Shown: in pieces, positions 25,456-35,030 of the stretch
How the letters are laid out: the number at the start of each line of letters is the position of its first letter
How positions within the stretch are numbered: the stretch's first letter is position 1
Assembly: GCA_017613255.1 (NCBI GenBank)
Contig: JAGAEF010000055.1
Span: 1 to 43,164 of the forward strand
Source: Lentisphaeria bacterium
GTDB lineage: Bacteria > Verrucomicrobiota > Lentisphaeria > Victivallales > UBA1829
Length of the DNA: 43,164 nucleotides
Direction of reading: 5' to 3'
Program-made: the position numbers and the translations under genes
Notes under the pieces: generated by a model
The model's database searches: none
Seen by the model: only the letters and a program-made list of their open reading frames with translations
Told to the model about the DNA's origin: nothing

Positions 25456-28400
25456 ATGAAAGAACTTCCCCAGACGGAACTCCTGTATCAGGAGGCCGCG
25501 AAGCGCATTCTCATTCTGGACGGTGCCATGGGGACCATGTTCCGCACCCAGGAGCTTTCCGAAAAGGATTTCCGCAAGGGGCCTTTCGCCGACGCGAAAA
25601 AGGACCTTTTCTCCGTCAAGGATATTCTCAATCTCACCAAGCCTTCCGCGCCGGAAGCCATCCATGACGCCTATCTTGCGGCGGGGGCGGACATCATCGA
25701 AACGAATACCTTCAACGCCAACGCCGTGGCTCTTGAGGAATTTGGACTTGCCCGTTTCGCCTACGACATCAACAAGGCCGGCGCCCAGGTGGCCCGCGCC
25801 TGCGCCAACAAGTTCGCCGCAAAGGACGGGAGACCCCGGTTCGTGGCGGGCAGCATGGGCCCCACGGGAAGGACGGCTTCCCTCTCTCCGGATCCCGACG
25901 ATCCCGCAGCAAGGAATATCACCTTCGACGAACTGCGGGAAGCCTACTACTTTGCCTCTCTGGGGCTTCTGGACGGCGGCGCGGATCTCATCCTCATCGA
26001 AACAGTCTTCGACACCCTCAACGCCAAGGCGGCGGTCATGGGGGTCTCCCAGGCGGCAAAGGCCAGGGGCGTTTCCGTGCCCGTGATGCTTTCCGGGACG
26101 GTTTCGGATGCTTCCGGGAGAATGCTTGCCGGACAGTGCCCGCAGGCTTTCCTCCAGAGTCTTGCCCACACAGGCGGCCTCTTTTCCATCGGTTTCAACT
26201 GTGCGCTGGGTGCCGCGGAAATGCAGCCCCATATCCGGGAGCTTTCCGAAAGGACGACCGTTTTCACCAGCGCCTACCCCAATGCGGGACTTCCCGACGC
26301 GGAGGGCAATTACTCCCAGACTCCGGAGAAAATGGCGGAGATCCTCCGCTCCTTCGCCGAGGAGGGGATCGTAAACATCGTAGGCGGCTGCTGCGGCACG
26401 TCCCCCGCCCATATCGAAGCCATCGCCGAGGCGGTCAAGGGGATGCCTCCCCGGAAGGCGCCTCCGGTGAAAAAATACCTCCGTCTTTCCGGACTGGATG
26501 TGCTGGAACTGCCGAAAACGGGTTCCTTTACCGACATCGGGGAGCGGGCCAACGTGGCGGGAAGCAAAAAGTTCCTCAACCTCATCCGGGAGAAAAAATA
26601 CGACGAAGCGCTCCAGATCGTCCGGACCCAGATCGCCAAAGGGGCGAAGATCATCGACGTGAATATGGACGACTCCCTTCTGGATGCGGAAAAGGAGATG
26701 ACGAACTTTCTCCGTCTCGCCGTTTCCGAACCGGATATCGCCAAAGTCCCCTTCATGATCGACTCCTCCCGCTGGGAGGTCATCGAAGCGGGCCTCAAAT
26801 GCGTGCAGGGGAAGTGCGTGGTCAACTCCCTTTCCCTGAAGGAGGGGGAGGAGGCCTTTCTGAAGAAGGCTTCCCTTGTCCGCTCTTACGGCGCGGCGCT
26901 TCTGGTGCTGGCCTGCGACGAAAAGGGGCAGGCGGATACGGTTGCCCGGCGGGTGGAAGTCTGCCGCAGGGCGTACTCTCTCCTTACGGAAAAACTCTGT
27001 TTCCCCGGAGAGGACATCATATTCGACCCCAACGTCTTCGCCATCGGCACGGGGCTTGCGGAACACGCGGACTATGCGAAAGATTTCTTCGAAGCGGTCC
27101 GGCAGATCCATGAGGGAATGCCGCTGGCCAACATCAGCGGCGGCATCAGCAACGTCTCCTTCGCCTTCCGGGGGAACAATGCGGTGCGGGAGGCCATCCA
27201 CAGCGTCTTTCTCCATCATGCCGTGAAAAACGGCCTCAATATGGGCATCGTGAATCCCGCCGGACTTGTTCCTTATGAAAAACTCCCGGAGGAACTGCGG
27301 GAGGCGGCGGAGGCCGTCGTGCTCAATCTTGCCCCGGACGCCCCGGAAAAATTGATCGAGATCGGGGAAAAGTTCCGCAGGGAGCCCTCCGCAAAAGGCG
27401 CTTCTCCCGCATCGAAAGGGAAGGAGGAGCGGGGGAAACTTCCCTTGGAAGAACGCATCGCGGATTTTCTCGCCAAAGGGCAGGACCAGTTCGTGGAAAG
27501 CGATATGAAGGAAGCTCTGGAAAAGTATTCCGACCCGGTGGAGATCATCGAAGGCCCCCTCATGGAGGGCATGAAGAAGATCGGCGTCCTTTTCGGGGAG
27601 GGCAGGATGTTCCTCCCTCAGGTCATCAAAAGCGCCCGGGTGATGAAAAAGGCCGTAAGCGTCCTCATGCCCGCCATCGAAGCGAAAAAGAGCGCGGGGA
27701 ACACGGTAAGCGCGGGGAAGATCGTCATTGCCACGGTCAACGGGGATGTGCACGACATCGGGAAAAACATCGCCGGACTGGTGCTCCAGTGCAATAATTA
27801 CACCGTTATCGATCTGGGAGTCATGTGCCCCTGCGGAAAAATCGTGGATGCGGCGGAAAAGGAGAAGGCGGACATGATCATTCTTTCCGGCCTCATTTTC
27901 CCCTCCCTCAACGAAATGTGTCTGGTGGCAAAGGAGATGGAAAAGCGCGGCATGACCATTCCTCTTCTTGTGGCGGGAGCGGCCACCAGCAAGGTGCATA
28001 CCGCTCTCAAGATCGCGCCCCTCTATTCCGGCGTGGTGGCCCATGTGCAGGATGCTTCTCAGGACGCCGTTTTTGCCGGACTGCTCATCAACGGGAGCGG
28101 GGAGGCAAAGGATCAATTCGTAAAGGAACTGCGTGAAGAGTATGCTTCCATCCGCGCCGCCCACGGGGAAAAGACGGAAAGCGCGCCTTCTTTCCCGTCT
28201 CTTGCCGAGGCAAGAAGCAGGAAAGTCCTCCCCGATTACGCAAAAAGCCCCGCGCCCAATGTGTCCGGAATCTTCGAATTTTCTCCCGCCGTAAGCGCGC
28301 TCGTTCCCTTCGTGAAATGGGAGGAACTTTCCTCCCTGTGGAAGACGAAGGGCGGAGAAGCGGAAAAGGATCTTCTTTCCGACGCGAAAAATCTTCTTCC

Positions 28401-29061
28401 GGAACTGGAAAAAAGCCTTTCCTGCCGGGCCGCGGCCGCGATCCTGCCCGCTTATTCCCGGGAGGACGATATTTTCGTGACGTTGCCGGAGGGGGAAAAG
28501 ATTTGTCTTCCCATGCTGAGGAATCAGAAAAATTCTTATTGCCTTGCCGACTACATCGCGCCGGAAGGGCTGGGCCCGGAAAACGGGCAGGACCATATCG
28601 GCGTTTTCGCCCTCTCCTGCGGGTTCGGACTGGAGGAATTGCGCAAGCGTCTGGAAGAGAAGGGAGACTCCTATTCTTCCCTTCTTGCCTCTTTCCTTGC
28701 CAATCTTCTTGCGGAAGCCTTCGCGGAATTCCTGCACAGGAAAGTGCGGGAAAAACTCTGGGGCTGGGGGAACGCCTATGAGGGGATCCGGCCCGCTCCG
28801 GGCTATCCCGCCTGTCCGGATCATACCCTCAAGGAGGAGATCTTCCATATTCTGGATGCGCAAAGACGCATCGGGCTCCATTTGACCTCCTCCTTCATGA
28901 TGGATCCGGAATCCTCCGTCTGCGGGTTCTATTTCGCCCATCCGGACGCCCGCTATATGGCCGTGGGGGAGATCGGGGACGACCAGAAGAAGGATTATGC
29001 GCTCCGCAGAGGCAGGAAGGAAGAGGAGCTCCTCCCCTTCATCGCCTTTGCAGGAAAATAG
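25456..29061 (+). CDS. metH: cobalamin-dependent methionine synthase
   Basis: 1201 aa with all four modules readable: Hcy-binding ('ILDGAMGT', 'GGCCGT'), pterin-binding, the B12-binding '[10 protein letters not shown]' (DxHxxG), and a C-terminal AdoMet reactivation domain ('[12 protein letters not shown]'). Confidence 0.94.
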   Translation: MKELPQTELLYQEAAKRILILDGAMGTMFRTQELSEKDFRKGPFADAKKDLFSVKDILNLTKPSAPEAIHDAYLAAGADIIETNTFNANAVALEEFGLARFAYDINKAGAQVARACANKFAAKDGRPRFVAGSMGPTGRTASLSPDPDDPAARNITFDELREAYYFASLGLLDGGADLILIETVFDTLNAKAAVMGVSQAAKARGVSVPVMLSGTVSDASGRMLAGQCPQAFLQSLAHTGGLFSIGFNCALGAAEMQPHIRELSERTTVFTSAYPNAGLPDAEGNYSQTPEKMAEILRSFAEEGIVNIVGGCCGTSPAHIEAIAEAVKGMPPRKAPPVKKYLRLSGLDVLELPKTGSFTDIGERANVAGSKKFLNLIREKKYDEALQIVRTQIAKGAKIIDVNMDDSLLDAEKEMTNFLRLAVSEPDIAKVPFMIDSSRWEVIEAGLKCVQGKCVVNSLSLKEGEEAFLKKASLVRSYGAALLVLACDEKGQADTVARRVEVCRRAYSLLTEKLCFPGEDIIFDPNVFAIGTGLAEHADYAKDFFEAVRQIHEGMPLANISGGISNVSFAFRGNNAVREAIHSVFLHHAVKNGLNMGIVNPAGLVPYEKLPEELREAAEAVVLNLAPDAPEKLIEIGEKFRREPSAKGASPASKGKEERGKLPLEERIADFLAKGQDQFVESDMKEALEKYSDPVEIIEGPLMEGMKKIGVLFGEGRMFLPQVIKSARVMKKAVSVLMPAIEAKKSAGNTVSAGKIVIATVNGDVHDIGKNIAGLVLQCNNYTVIDLGVMCPCGKIVDAAEKEKADMIILSGLIFPSLNEMCLVAKEMEKRGMTIPLLVAGAATSKVHTALKIAPLYSGVVAHVQDASQDAVFAGLLINGSGEAKDQFVKELREEYASIRAAHGEKTESAPSFPSLAEARSRKVLPDYAKSPAPNVSGIFEFSPAVSALVPFVKWEELSSLWKTKGGEAEKDLLSDAKNLLPELEKSLSCRAAAAILPAYSREDDIFVTLPEGEKICLPMLRNQKNSYCLADYIAPEGLGPENGQDHIGVFALSCGFGLEELRKRLEEKGDSYSSLLASFLANLLAEAFAEFLHRKVREKLWGWGNAYEGIRPAPGYPACPDHTLKEEIFHILDAQRRIGLHLTSSFMMDPESSVCGFYFAHPDARYMAVGEIGDDQKKDYALRRGRKEEELLPFIAFAGK

Positions 29062-29097
29062 GAAACGAACTTTTTCAACGGGAGCTGCGGATAAACC

Positions 29098-30495
29098 ATG
29101 AAAGAACGGATTCTCGTTTGCGGACTGGGCGTCAGCGGGGAAGGGGCCGCGCTTCTGGCGCTGAAACTGGGCAGAAGCGTGGTCATCGTGGACGAAAAGG
29201 ACAATGCTTCTCTCCGGGAAAAGGGAAAACGGTTTTCCGCGATGGGGGCGGAACTCCTGCTGGGCTGGAAGAAAGGGACTTTTCTCCCGGATTGCGATAT
29301 CATCGTGCTGAGCCCGGGGATCCGCAGGGAGAGCGCTCTCTATAACGCACTGCCGGAAAAGGCGGAAAAGATGAGCGAGCTTTCTTTTGCCCTCCGTCAC
29401 ATCCCCTGTCCCTTTGCCGCCGTCACGGGGACCAACGGGAAAACCACCGTTACGGAACTCTCCTCCGCCCTTTTCTGCGCCGCGGGCAGGAGGTCTCTTC
29501 CCGCGGGCAATGTGGGGGATTCTTTGAGCAACTGTGTGGTTTCCGCGCTGGAAGGCAAATGCGACTTCCTCATGATCGAAGTAAGCAGTTTCCAGCTGGA
29601 GACCATGAAAACCTTCCCTGCCTGTCCCGGTGCGCTCCTGAACATCGGAAGCGACCATATCGACCGGCACGGCTCTCTGGAAGAGTACGCCAAAATCAAG
29701 TTTTCCCTTCTGAAAGCTCCCCGCAGACGGGAGGAAAGGATCGTCAACGGGAACGTTTTGCCCTTCCTGCATAAATTTCTTCCGGGGGAAGAAGCGACCC
29801 TTTTCTCCTCTTCCGATCCTTCCGCCGACTTTTTCGCCGACGGAGAACAAAAGAAGATCTTTTACCGGGGGAAGGAGTTTTTCGACTTCCGGGAGGCGAA
29901 ACTCAAAGGCGTCCACAATATGGAAAATGTGTGCGCTTCCCTTGCCCTCCTGCGGGGCGCGCTGGGGGAGGAGGCACTGTTTCTGCCCGCCGTCCGGACC
30001 GCATTGAAGGAATTTTCCCCTTCTCCCCACCGCATGGAGGTCTTTCTGGAAAAAGGGGGAGTCAAGTATGTGGACGACTCCAAGGCCACCAATCCCCACG
30101 CGGTGAATGCCGCCGTGGCCCGTTTCGCGGAGGAGAGCGGGGGCAGGAAAAACCTGATCCTTCTTCTGGGCGGGCTGGACAAGGCAATGGACTTTTCCGA
30201 ACTGGAAAAAAGTCTCGTTTACGTGAAAAAGGTCATTCTTACGGGAAGCTGTGCGGAAAACATCGGTTCTTTCCTTGCGGGAAAAGTGGAAATGGAAAAC
30301 TGCGGCAGAAATTTCCCTCTGGCGGTGGAAAAGGCCTGTTCTTCCGCTTCGGAAGGGGATATCGTGCTTCTCTCCCCGGCGACGGCAAGCATGGATATGT
30401 TCGAAAACTATGCGCAGCGGGGGGATTCCTTCAAGGCGCTCGTGAAGGAATTTGCGGAAAGGACCTTGCCTTCTCCTTCTCCCGGAAAACCGTAA
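29098..30495 (+). CDS. murD: UDP-N-acetylmuramoyl-L-alanine--D-glutamate ligase
   Basis: 465 aa with N-terminal 'ILVCGLGVSGEGAA', the P-loop 'VTGTNGKTTVTE', 'DDSKATN' and 'SPATASMDMFENYAQRG' near the C-terminus. Confidence 0.9.
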   Translation: MKERILVCGLGVSGEGAALLALKLGRSVVIVDEKDNASLREKGKRFSAMGAELLLGWKKGTFLPDCDIIVLSPGIRRESALYNALPEKAEKMSELSFALRHIPCPFAAVTGTNGKTTVTELSSALFCAAGRRSLPAGNVGDSLSNCVVSALEGKCDFLMIEVSSFQLETMKTFPACPGALLNIGSDHIDRHGSLEEYAKIKFSLLKAPRRREERIVNGNVLPFLHKFLPGEEATLFSSSDPSADFFADGEQKKIFYRGKEFFDFREAKLKGVHNMENVCASLALLRGALGEEALFLPAVRTALKEFSPSPHRMEVFLEKGGVKYVDDSKATNPHAVNAAVARFAEESGGRKNLILLLGGLDKAMDFSELEKSLVYVKKVILTGSCAENIGSFLAGKVEMENCGRNFPLAVEKACSSASEGDIVLLSPATASMDMFENYAQRGDSFKALVKEFAERTLPSPSPGKP

Positions 30496-30531
30496 AAAAC
30501 GCTCTTTCGGAGCCGAATCGGCCATTCCGCA

Positions 30532-30560
30532 TTGATTTTCCGTTCCCGGCGGGCTATATT
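30532..30560 (+). promoter_or_regulatory. sigma70-like promoter for the lipoprotein-yicC-cysE/M29-yggS-cca operon
   Basis: TTGATT (30532-30537), 17 nt spacer, TATATT (30555-30560). An overlapping TATAAT lies at 30560-30565. Confidence 0.45.
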
Positions 30561-30601
30561 ATAATAAAGCGGGAAAAACCCAAAAACTTACGGATGCTGT
30601 C

Positions 30602-31522
30602 ATGAACAAAAAGAAAAGTTTCGCTTCTTCCCTCCGGAAGATCTCCTGTCTTCTCACAGCGGCGCTTCTGCCGGGGCTGTTCCTTGCTTCCTGCGCCACG
30701 ACTGACCGTACCGACGACGCCGTGGAAAAGGCGAGGGCTTTTGCTCTGGAAAGGGCGAAGGATCTTTCCGAATACCAGAGGAACGTGATCCGGTACACTC
30801 TTCCCAAGGTGCAGGAGGAGGAGCTTTTCGTGTTTGCGCCCATCAAGCTTACCGAATACGATCACATCCCCCGGAACGAGAACGTAAAGCCCCACAATAC
30901 GAAACATCTGGATTCCATGGCCTTTACCTTCGTGTGGGAGATCCCCTCTCTGGGCGGAGAGGTGGCCGTCTACGGCACGGGTGACCGCGCCATGCGTCAC
31001 TGGGAGCCCCTGCGGATGGTGTACCGGAAGCTCGCCAAGGTGGACGGCCCCTACGAAGCGGCCCGGGACACGGTGGTGAGTTTCACCGCCGACAACATGC
31101 TCTACATTTCCGAAGAGGAACGCACCCGGATCCGTTTCTCCGAGGCGAAAGTATACTGCACTTCCTTCGATCTGGCCTATCTGGAGGCGAAAAGGATCCG
31201 GGGCACGGAGGGCGCATGGGAGGCTTACCGCGTGGAAAAGGAGGGGGGGAAGAAAGAACGTTTCCAGCTCTCTCTCGTCTGGGACTGCGATGATCCTTCC
31301 AAGGTGATCGTCTTTACCGGAATGGGGGCGGAAATCCCCGATGAAAAGGCCCTCGAGGCGGCTAAGGAAAACAAGGAAAAAGGACAGGAAAAGGAGATCA
31401 TGCTTCTTACCGGCTGGAAGATCCTCTGCGTGCATGTGCTGGAAAAATCCAAGCTGTCGCGCTATGTGGTGGATCTTTCCGGCAGAGCTGCTTCTTCCGG
31501 AAAGGCGGAGGAGAAAAAATGA
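30602..31522 (+). CDS. hypothetical lipoprotein
   Basis: 306 aa with a basic N-terminus, a hydrophobic stretch and the lipobox 'LFLASC'. I recognise no family. The C-terminus is Lys/Glu-rich. Its stop overlaps the yicC start (ATGA). Confidence 0.55.
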   Translation: MNKKKSFASSLRKISCLLTAALLPGLFLASCATTDRTDDAVEKARAFALERAKDLSEYQRNVIRYTLPKVQEEELFVFAPIKLTEYDHIPRNENVKPHNTKHLDSMAFTFVWEIPSLGGEVAVYGTGDRAMRHWEPLRMVYRKLAKVDGPYEAARDTVVSFTADNMLYISEEERTRIRFSEAKVYCTSFDLAYLEAKRIRGTEGAWEAYRVEKEGGKKERFQLSLVWDCDDPSKVIVFTGMGAEIPDEKALEAAKENKEKGQEKEIMLLTGWKILCVHVLEKSKLSRYVVDLSGRAASSGKAEEKK

Positions 31523-32394
31523 GGAGCATGACGGGATTCGGAAGGGGGGAATGTCCTTCCGCAAACGGGACAGGTCTTTTCCGGGTGGAGATCTCCTCGG
31601 TGAACCGGAAGCAGTTCGAACTCAAGCTTTCCCTGCCCAGGGAGATGCTTGCATGGGAAAACGCCCTGCGCAAGTGCGTGGCGGAAAAGGTAAGCAGGGG
31701 GGCCCTGATCCTGCGGGCGGAGCTTCTCTCCTCCTCCGGAACGCTTCTGGTGCCGGAACTTTCGATCAATGAAAAGAACGTCCTTGCCCTGAAAAAGGAG
31801 CTGGAAAGACTTTCCCTGCCGGAAAGCGCCCTGCAGAACATCCTTTGCGTGCCGGGGATCGTGGAACAGGCCGGAAACGTTTTGTCCGATTCCGAGTGTC
31901 CCGAAGCGCTGCTTTGCGCCTGCACCAGGGCTGTGGATGCTCTTCTCTCCATGCGTACTACGGAGGGGAACGCCCTCCGAAAAGACCTTGCCGGAAGGAT
32001 CGACAATCTGGAAAAGATGCTTTCCCAGGTGGAGCCGGAGGCTTCTTTGCTTCCCGGACTGGCCAGGGAGCGGCTTCTCAAGAAACTTGCCGAAGCGGGT
32101 CTCCCTGTGGACGTGAACGACGAACGGGTCCTGCGGGAAGTTGTGATTTTTGCGGACAAACTGGATGTGAACGAGGAGATCACCCGTCTGAAAAGCCATT
32201 TCGCCCATTTCCGCGCCTTTCTGGCGGAAGAGAAGGAATCTCTGGGGCGGAACATGGATTTTCTCACGCAGGAGATCTTCCGGGAGATCAATACTCTGGG
32301 CAACAAAACCGGCACCGTTACCATTTCTCCGGTCATCGTGCAGATGAAGGCGGAAGCGGAAAAGATCCGGGAACAGGTCCAGAACGTGGAGTAA
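31519..32394 (+). CDS. yicC: YicC/YloC-family stress-induced protein (endoribonuclease)
   Basis: 291 aa with N-terminal '[10 protein letters not shown]' and the C-terminal DUF1732-like '[19 protein letters not shown]'. Confidence 0.87.
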   Translation: MRSMTGFGRGECPSANGTGLFRVEISSVNRKQFELKLSLPREMLAWENALRKCVAEKVSRGALILRAELLSSSGTLLVPELSINEKNVLALKKELERLSLPESALQNILCVPGIVEQAGNVLSDSECPEALLCACTRAVDALLSMRTTEGNALRKDLAGRIDNLEKMLSQVEPEASLLPGLARERLLKKLAEAGLPVDVNDERVLREVVIFADKLDVNEEITRLKSHFAHFRAFLAEEKESLGRNMDFLTQEIFREINTLGNKTGTVTISPVIVQMKAEAEKIREQVQNVE

Positions 32395-32405
32395 GGGAGG
32401 AAAAA

Positions 32406-34346
32406 ATGGATTGCTCGTCTTATCGCTCGAATCCCCTTGCGGAACAAGTCTTCATCGACCAGCTGGTAGCTTCCCTTCACGCCACGTACGCCGACGGGGA
32501 CGCCATCAACCAGACCGACGGGAACAATCTGCCCCGGGAGTCGGAGATCCTGGATATTCTGCGGGATCTTCTGGAACTGGTCTATCCCGGATTTCAGGAA
32601 AAGGCCCACTATTCCGCCTCCAATCTGCGGTACAGCGTGGGAGAGATCCTTTCCCGGAGCTATTCCGGACTGCGGGACCTGATCTTCCGCTCCCTGCAGT
32701 ATTCCTGCAAACTGGCGGAGGGGGATACATGCGCCTGCGGATGCGGCCAGACGGCGGACGAGGCGGCCAGATACCTTCTTTCCCGCCTGCCCGAGATCCG
32801 CAACACCCTCAAGAAGGATGTGGCGGCGGCTTATGACGGGGATCCCGCGGCAAAGAGCAATGCGGAGATCGTCCTGAGCTATCCCGGGCTGAAAGCCATC
32901 ACCATCCAGAGGATCGCCCACTGCCTGTACGAGAAAAACGTTCCCCTCATCCCCCGCATGATGGGCGAATACGCCCACCGCATCACGGGGATCGACATTC
33001 ATCCCGGCGCAACGCTGGGGGAGAGCGTCTTCATCGACCACGGCACGGGGGTGGTCATCGGGGAGACCGCCTGCATAGGGTCCAACGTGAAGATCTATCA
33101 GGGCGTGACCATCGGAGCCCTCTCCTTCCCCAAGGATGAAAGCGGCAAGATCATCAAGGGGAAGAAACGCCACCCCACCATCGAGGACGATGTGACCATC
33201 TATGCGGGCGCCACCATTCTGGGGCCCATCACCGTGGGGCACTCTTCCGTCATCGGAGGAAACGCCTGGATCACGGAGGATGTGGAACCCTTTTCCAAGA
33301 TCACCATTTCCCCGCCCCTGCAGACGGTCCGCAAAAGCGGCAAAGGAAAGGCTTTTCCCGTGGTGCAGGAGACACGGAAGGAAAAAATGATCCATGCGGC
33401 GCTTGCCGTTTTGAAGGACTCCCTTGCGGTGAAAAAGGGGGAAAAAGTCCTGCTCCTTTACGACAAGGGGACTTTGGGCGTGGGGGAAGCTTTCCGGCAG
33501 GCAGGCGTGCTTGCGGGCATTTCCGTTACGGGAAAGGAGATCCAGATCACTCCTGCGGGCGGAGCGGATCCCGATGAAGAGACCTGCCTGGAGATGGGGA
33601 AATATCCCGTCATCGTTGCGGCCACCACCAACTCCCTCACCCACTGCCGGGCCATGACGCAAGCCCGGCGGAACGGGACGCGGGCAGTGACGCTTCCGGG
33701 GATCACCGAGGATCTTTTTGCCAGAAGCGTGCCCGAGGATCCCCTTCAGATGCGCCGCACGGGGGAGAAACTTCTGAAAAAGTTTGCCGGAAAGCACAAG
33801 TGCCGCCTCACCACGGAAAAGGGGACTCTCCTCACCTTCGAAACCGGGAAATATCCCTTCGAAAGCGATGACGGCTTTTTCTCGAAAAAGGGCGTCGTGG
33901 GCAACATTCCCGCAGGAGAGGTCTTCGGCATTCCCGAAAAGATGAACGGCTCTCTTGTGGTGGACGGCTCCATAGCCGGGACCCCGTGGAAAAAGGGGAT
34001 GCCCGCGGCAGAGATCCGGATCAGGAACAATTCCGCAGTCTCTTTCCACGGCGCAAGAGGGAAGGCTCTGGAAAAGGCCCTTGCCGCCGCAGGGGCGAAG
34101 GCAACGAAGGTGGCGGAATTCGGAATAGGACTGAATCCCTCCCTTGCCTTGAGCGGCAATGTTCTGGAGGATGAAAAGGTGAAAGGGACCGTCCATATCG
34201 CCTTCGGCAACGACGCCGGAATGGGCGGAACAAACGATGTCCCCGTGCATATCGACTGCATCATTCAGGCCCCCACGCTGGAACTGGACGGGAAAATCGT
34301 CATGGAAAAGGGCGTGTGGAAGCTGGGGAAAGAGGCGGAAAAATGA
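32406..34346 (+). CDS. cysE: serine O-acetyltransferase (long form) fused in frame to an M29 (aminopeptidase T/S-like) domain
   Basis: 646 aa from the ATG at 32406 (RBS 'AGGGAGG'). The SAT hexapeptide region reads '[44 protein letters not shown]...[19 protein letters not shown]' (aa ~190-300). No stop follows. After a linker of about 19 aa, an M29-like domain of about 319 aa begins ('MIHAALAVL...[11 protein letters not shown]...[22 protein letters not shown]'). An internal ATG at 33387 has a weak 'GGAAGG' upstream. Confidence 0.7.
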   Translation: MDCSSYRSNPLAEQVFIDQLVASLHATYADGDAINQTDGNNLPRESEILDILRDLLELVYPGFQEKAHYSASNLRYSVGEILSRSYSGLRDLIFRSLQYSCKLAEGDTCACGCGQTADEAARYLLSRLPEIRNTLKKDVAAAYDGDPAAKSNAEIVLSYPGLKAITIQRIAHCLYEKNVPLIPRMMGEYAHRITGIDIHPGATLGESVFIDHGTGVVIGETACIGSNVKIYQGVTIGALSFPKDESGKIIKGKKRHPTIEDDVTIYAGATILGPITVGHSSVIGGNAWITEDVEPFSKITISPPLQTVRKSGKGKAFPVVQETRKEKMIHAALAVLKDSLAVKKGEKVLLLYDKGTLGVGEAFRQAGVLAGISVTGKEIQITPAGGADPDEETCLEMGKYPVIVAATTNSLTHCRAMTQARRNGTRAVTLPGITEDLFARSVPEDPLQMRRTGEKLLKKFAGKHKCRLTTEKGTLLTFETGKYPFESDDGFFSKKGVVGNIPAGEVFGIPEKMNGSLVVDGSIAGTPWKKGMPAAEIRIRNNSAVSFHGARGKALEKALAAAGAKATKVAEFGIGLNPSLALSGNVLEDEKVKGTVHIAFGNDAGMGGTNDVPVHIDCIIQAPTLELDGKIVMEKGVWKLGKEAEK

Positions 34347-35026
34347 GCAGTTTCGTTCAGGAGAATCTCAAGCGCGTTCTTGAGGAGATCGCTTCCGCGG
34401 AGGAAAAGGCGGGAAGAAAAGGACAGGTGAAACTCCTTGCCGTTTCCAAGACCTTCCCCGCCTCCTGCATCAAGGAAGCCTACGACGTGGGGCAGAGGCT
34501 TTTCGGAGAGAACCGTGTGGCGGAACTGGAGGAAAAGGTCCCCGTACTGCCTTCCGACATCCAGTGGCATCTCATCGGCCATCTGCAGAGCAACAAAAGC
34601 ACCAAGGGTGTGGAAAACGCTTCCTGGATCCATTCCGTGGAGTCGGAAAAACTCATTCGGCATATCGAAAAGGCCGCTTCCGCTCTGGACAAAACCGTGA
34701 ACATCCTTCTGGAAGTGAACATTTCCGGCGAGGAATCCAAGTTCGGTCTGCGCTCTTTCGAGGAAGTGCTTGCCTGCGGAACTCTGGCGGGACAAATGCC
34801 CCATATCCGTCTGCAGGGGCTTATGACCATGGCGCCCTTCGGCGCGCCGGAAAAGGTCCTGAGAGGCACTTTTGCCGGACTGCGGGAGATGCGGGACAAA
34901 CTGGAAACCGCGTTGGATGTAAAACTCCCCGAACTTTCCATGGGGATGAGCGGCGACTTCCGTTTCGCCATTGAGGAAGGCGCCACTTTCGTCCGCATCG
35001 GAACGGCGATTTTCGGCGGAAGATGA
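34343..35026 (+). CDS. yggS: YggS-family pyridoxal-5'-phosphate homeostasis protein
   Basis: 227 aa from the ATG at 34343 (ATGA overlap with the upstream stop). It has 'LLAVSKTFP' (PLP lysine), 'FGENRVAE', '[11 protein letters not shown]', 'LSMGMSGDF' and 'VRIGTAIFG'. Confidence 0.9.
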   Translation: MSSFVQENLKRVLEEIASAEEKAGRKGQVKLLAVSKTFPASCIKEAYDVGQRLFGENRVAELEEKVPVLPSDIQWHLIGHLQSNKSTKGVENASWIHSVESEKLIRHIEKAASALDKTVNILLEVNISGEESKFGLRSFEEVLACGTLAGQMPHIRLQGLMTMAPFGAPEKVLRGTFAGLREMRDKLETALDVKLPELSMGMSGDFRFAIEEGATFVRIGTAIFGGR

Positions 35027-35030
35027 CGAA

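Noticed and set aside
24427-30525. Giant antisense ORFs: 2032 aa (24427..30525 -), 1655 aa (18355..23322 -), 1724 aa (36370..41544 +), 1415 aa (1282..5529 -), 947 aa (31407..34250 -), 778 aa (5716..8052 -), and the 5' part of 12996..15926 +
   Set aside because: Each lies exactly in the mirror frame of well-supported genes on the other strand. For example, the MTase start 24475, metH 25456 and murD 29098 are all congruent to 1 mod 3, as are the codon boundaries of the antisense ORF. The same holds for parE/parC/ykgJ, for aldolase/GDE, and for MATE/mntP/amidohydrolase/M28-like. Antisense stops in that frame require sense TTA/CTA/TCA codons, which this genome visibly avoids. The translations are low-complexity Arg/Gly/Pro-rich with no recognisable motifs.
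33387-34346. Annotating the M29-like domain as an independent gene
   Set aside because: There is no stop codon between it and the upstream SAT domain, so the SAT ORF necessarily reads through. The internal start is retained only as a possibility within the fusion finding.
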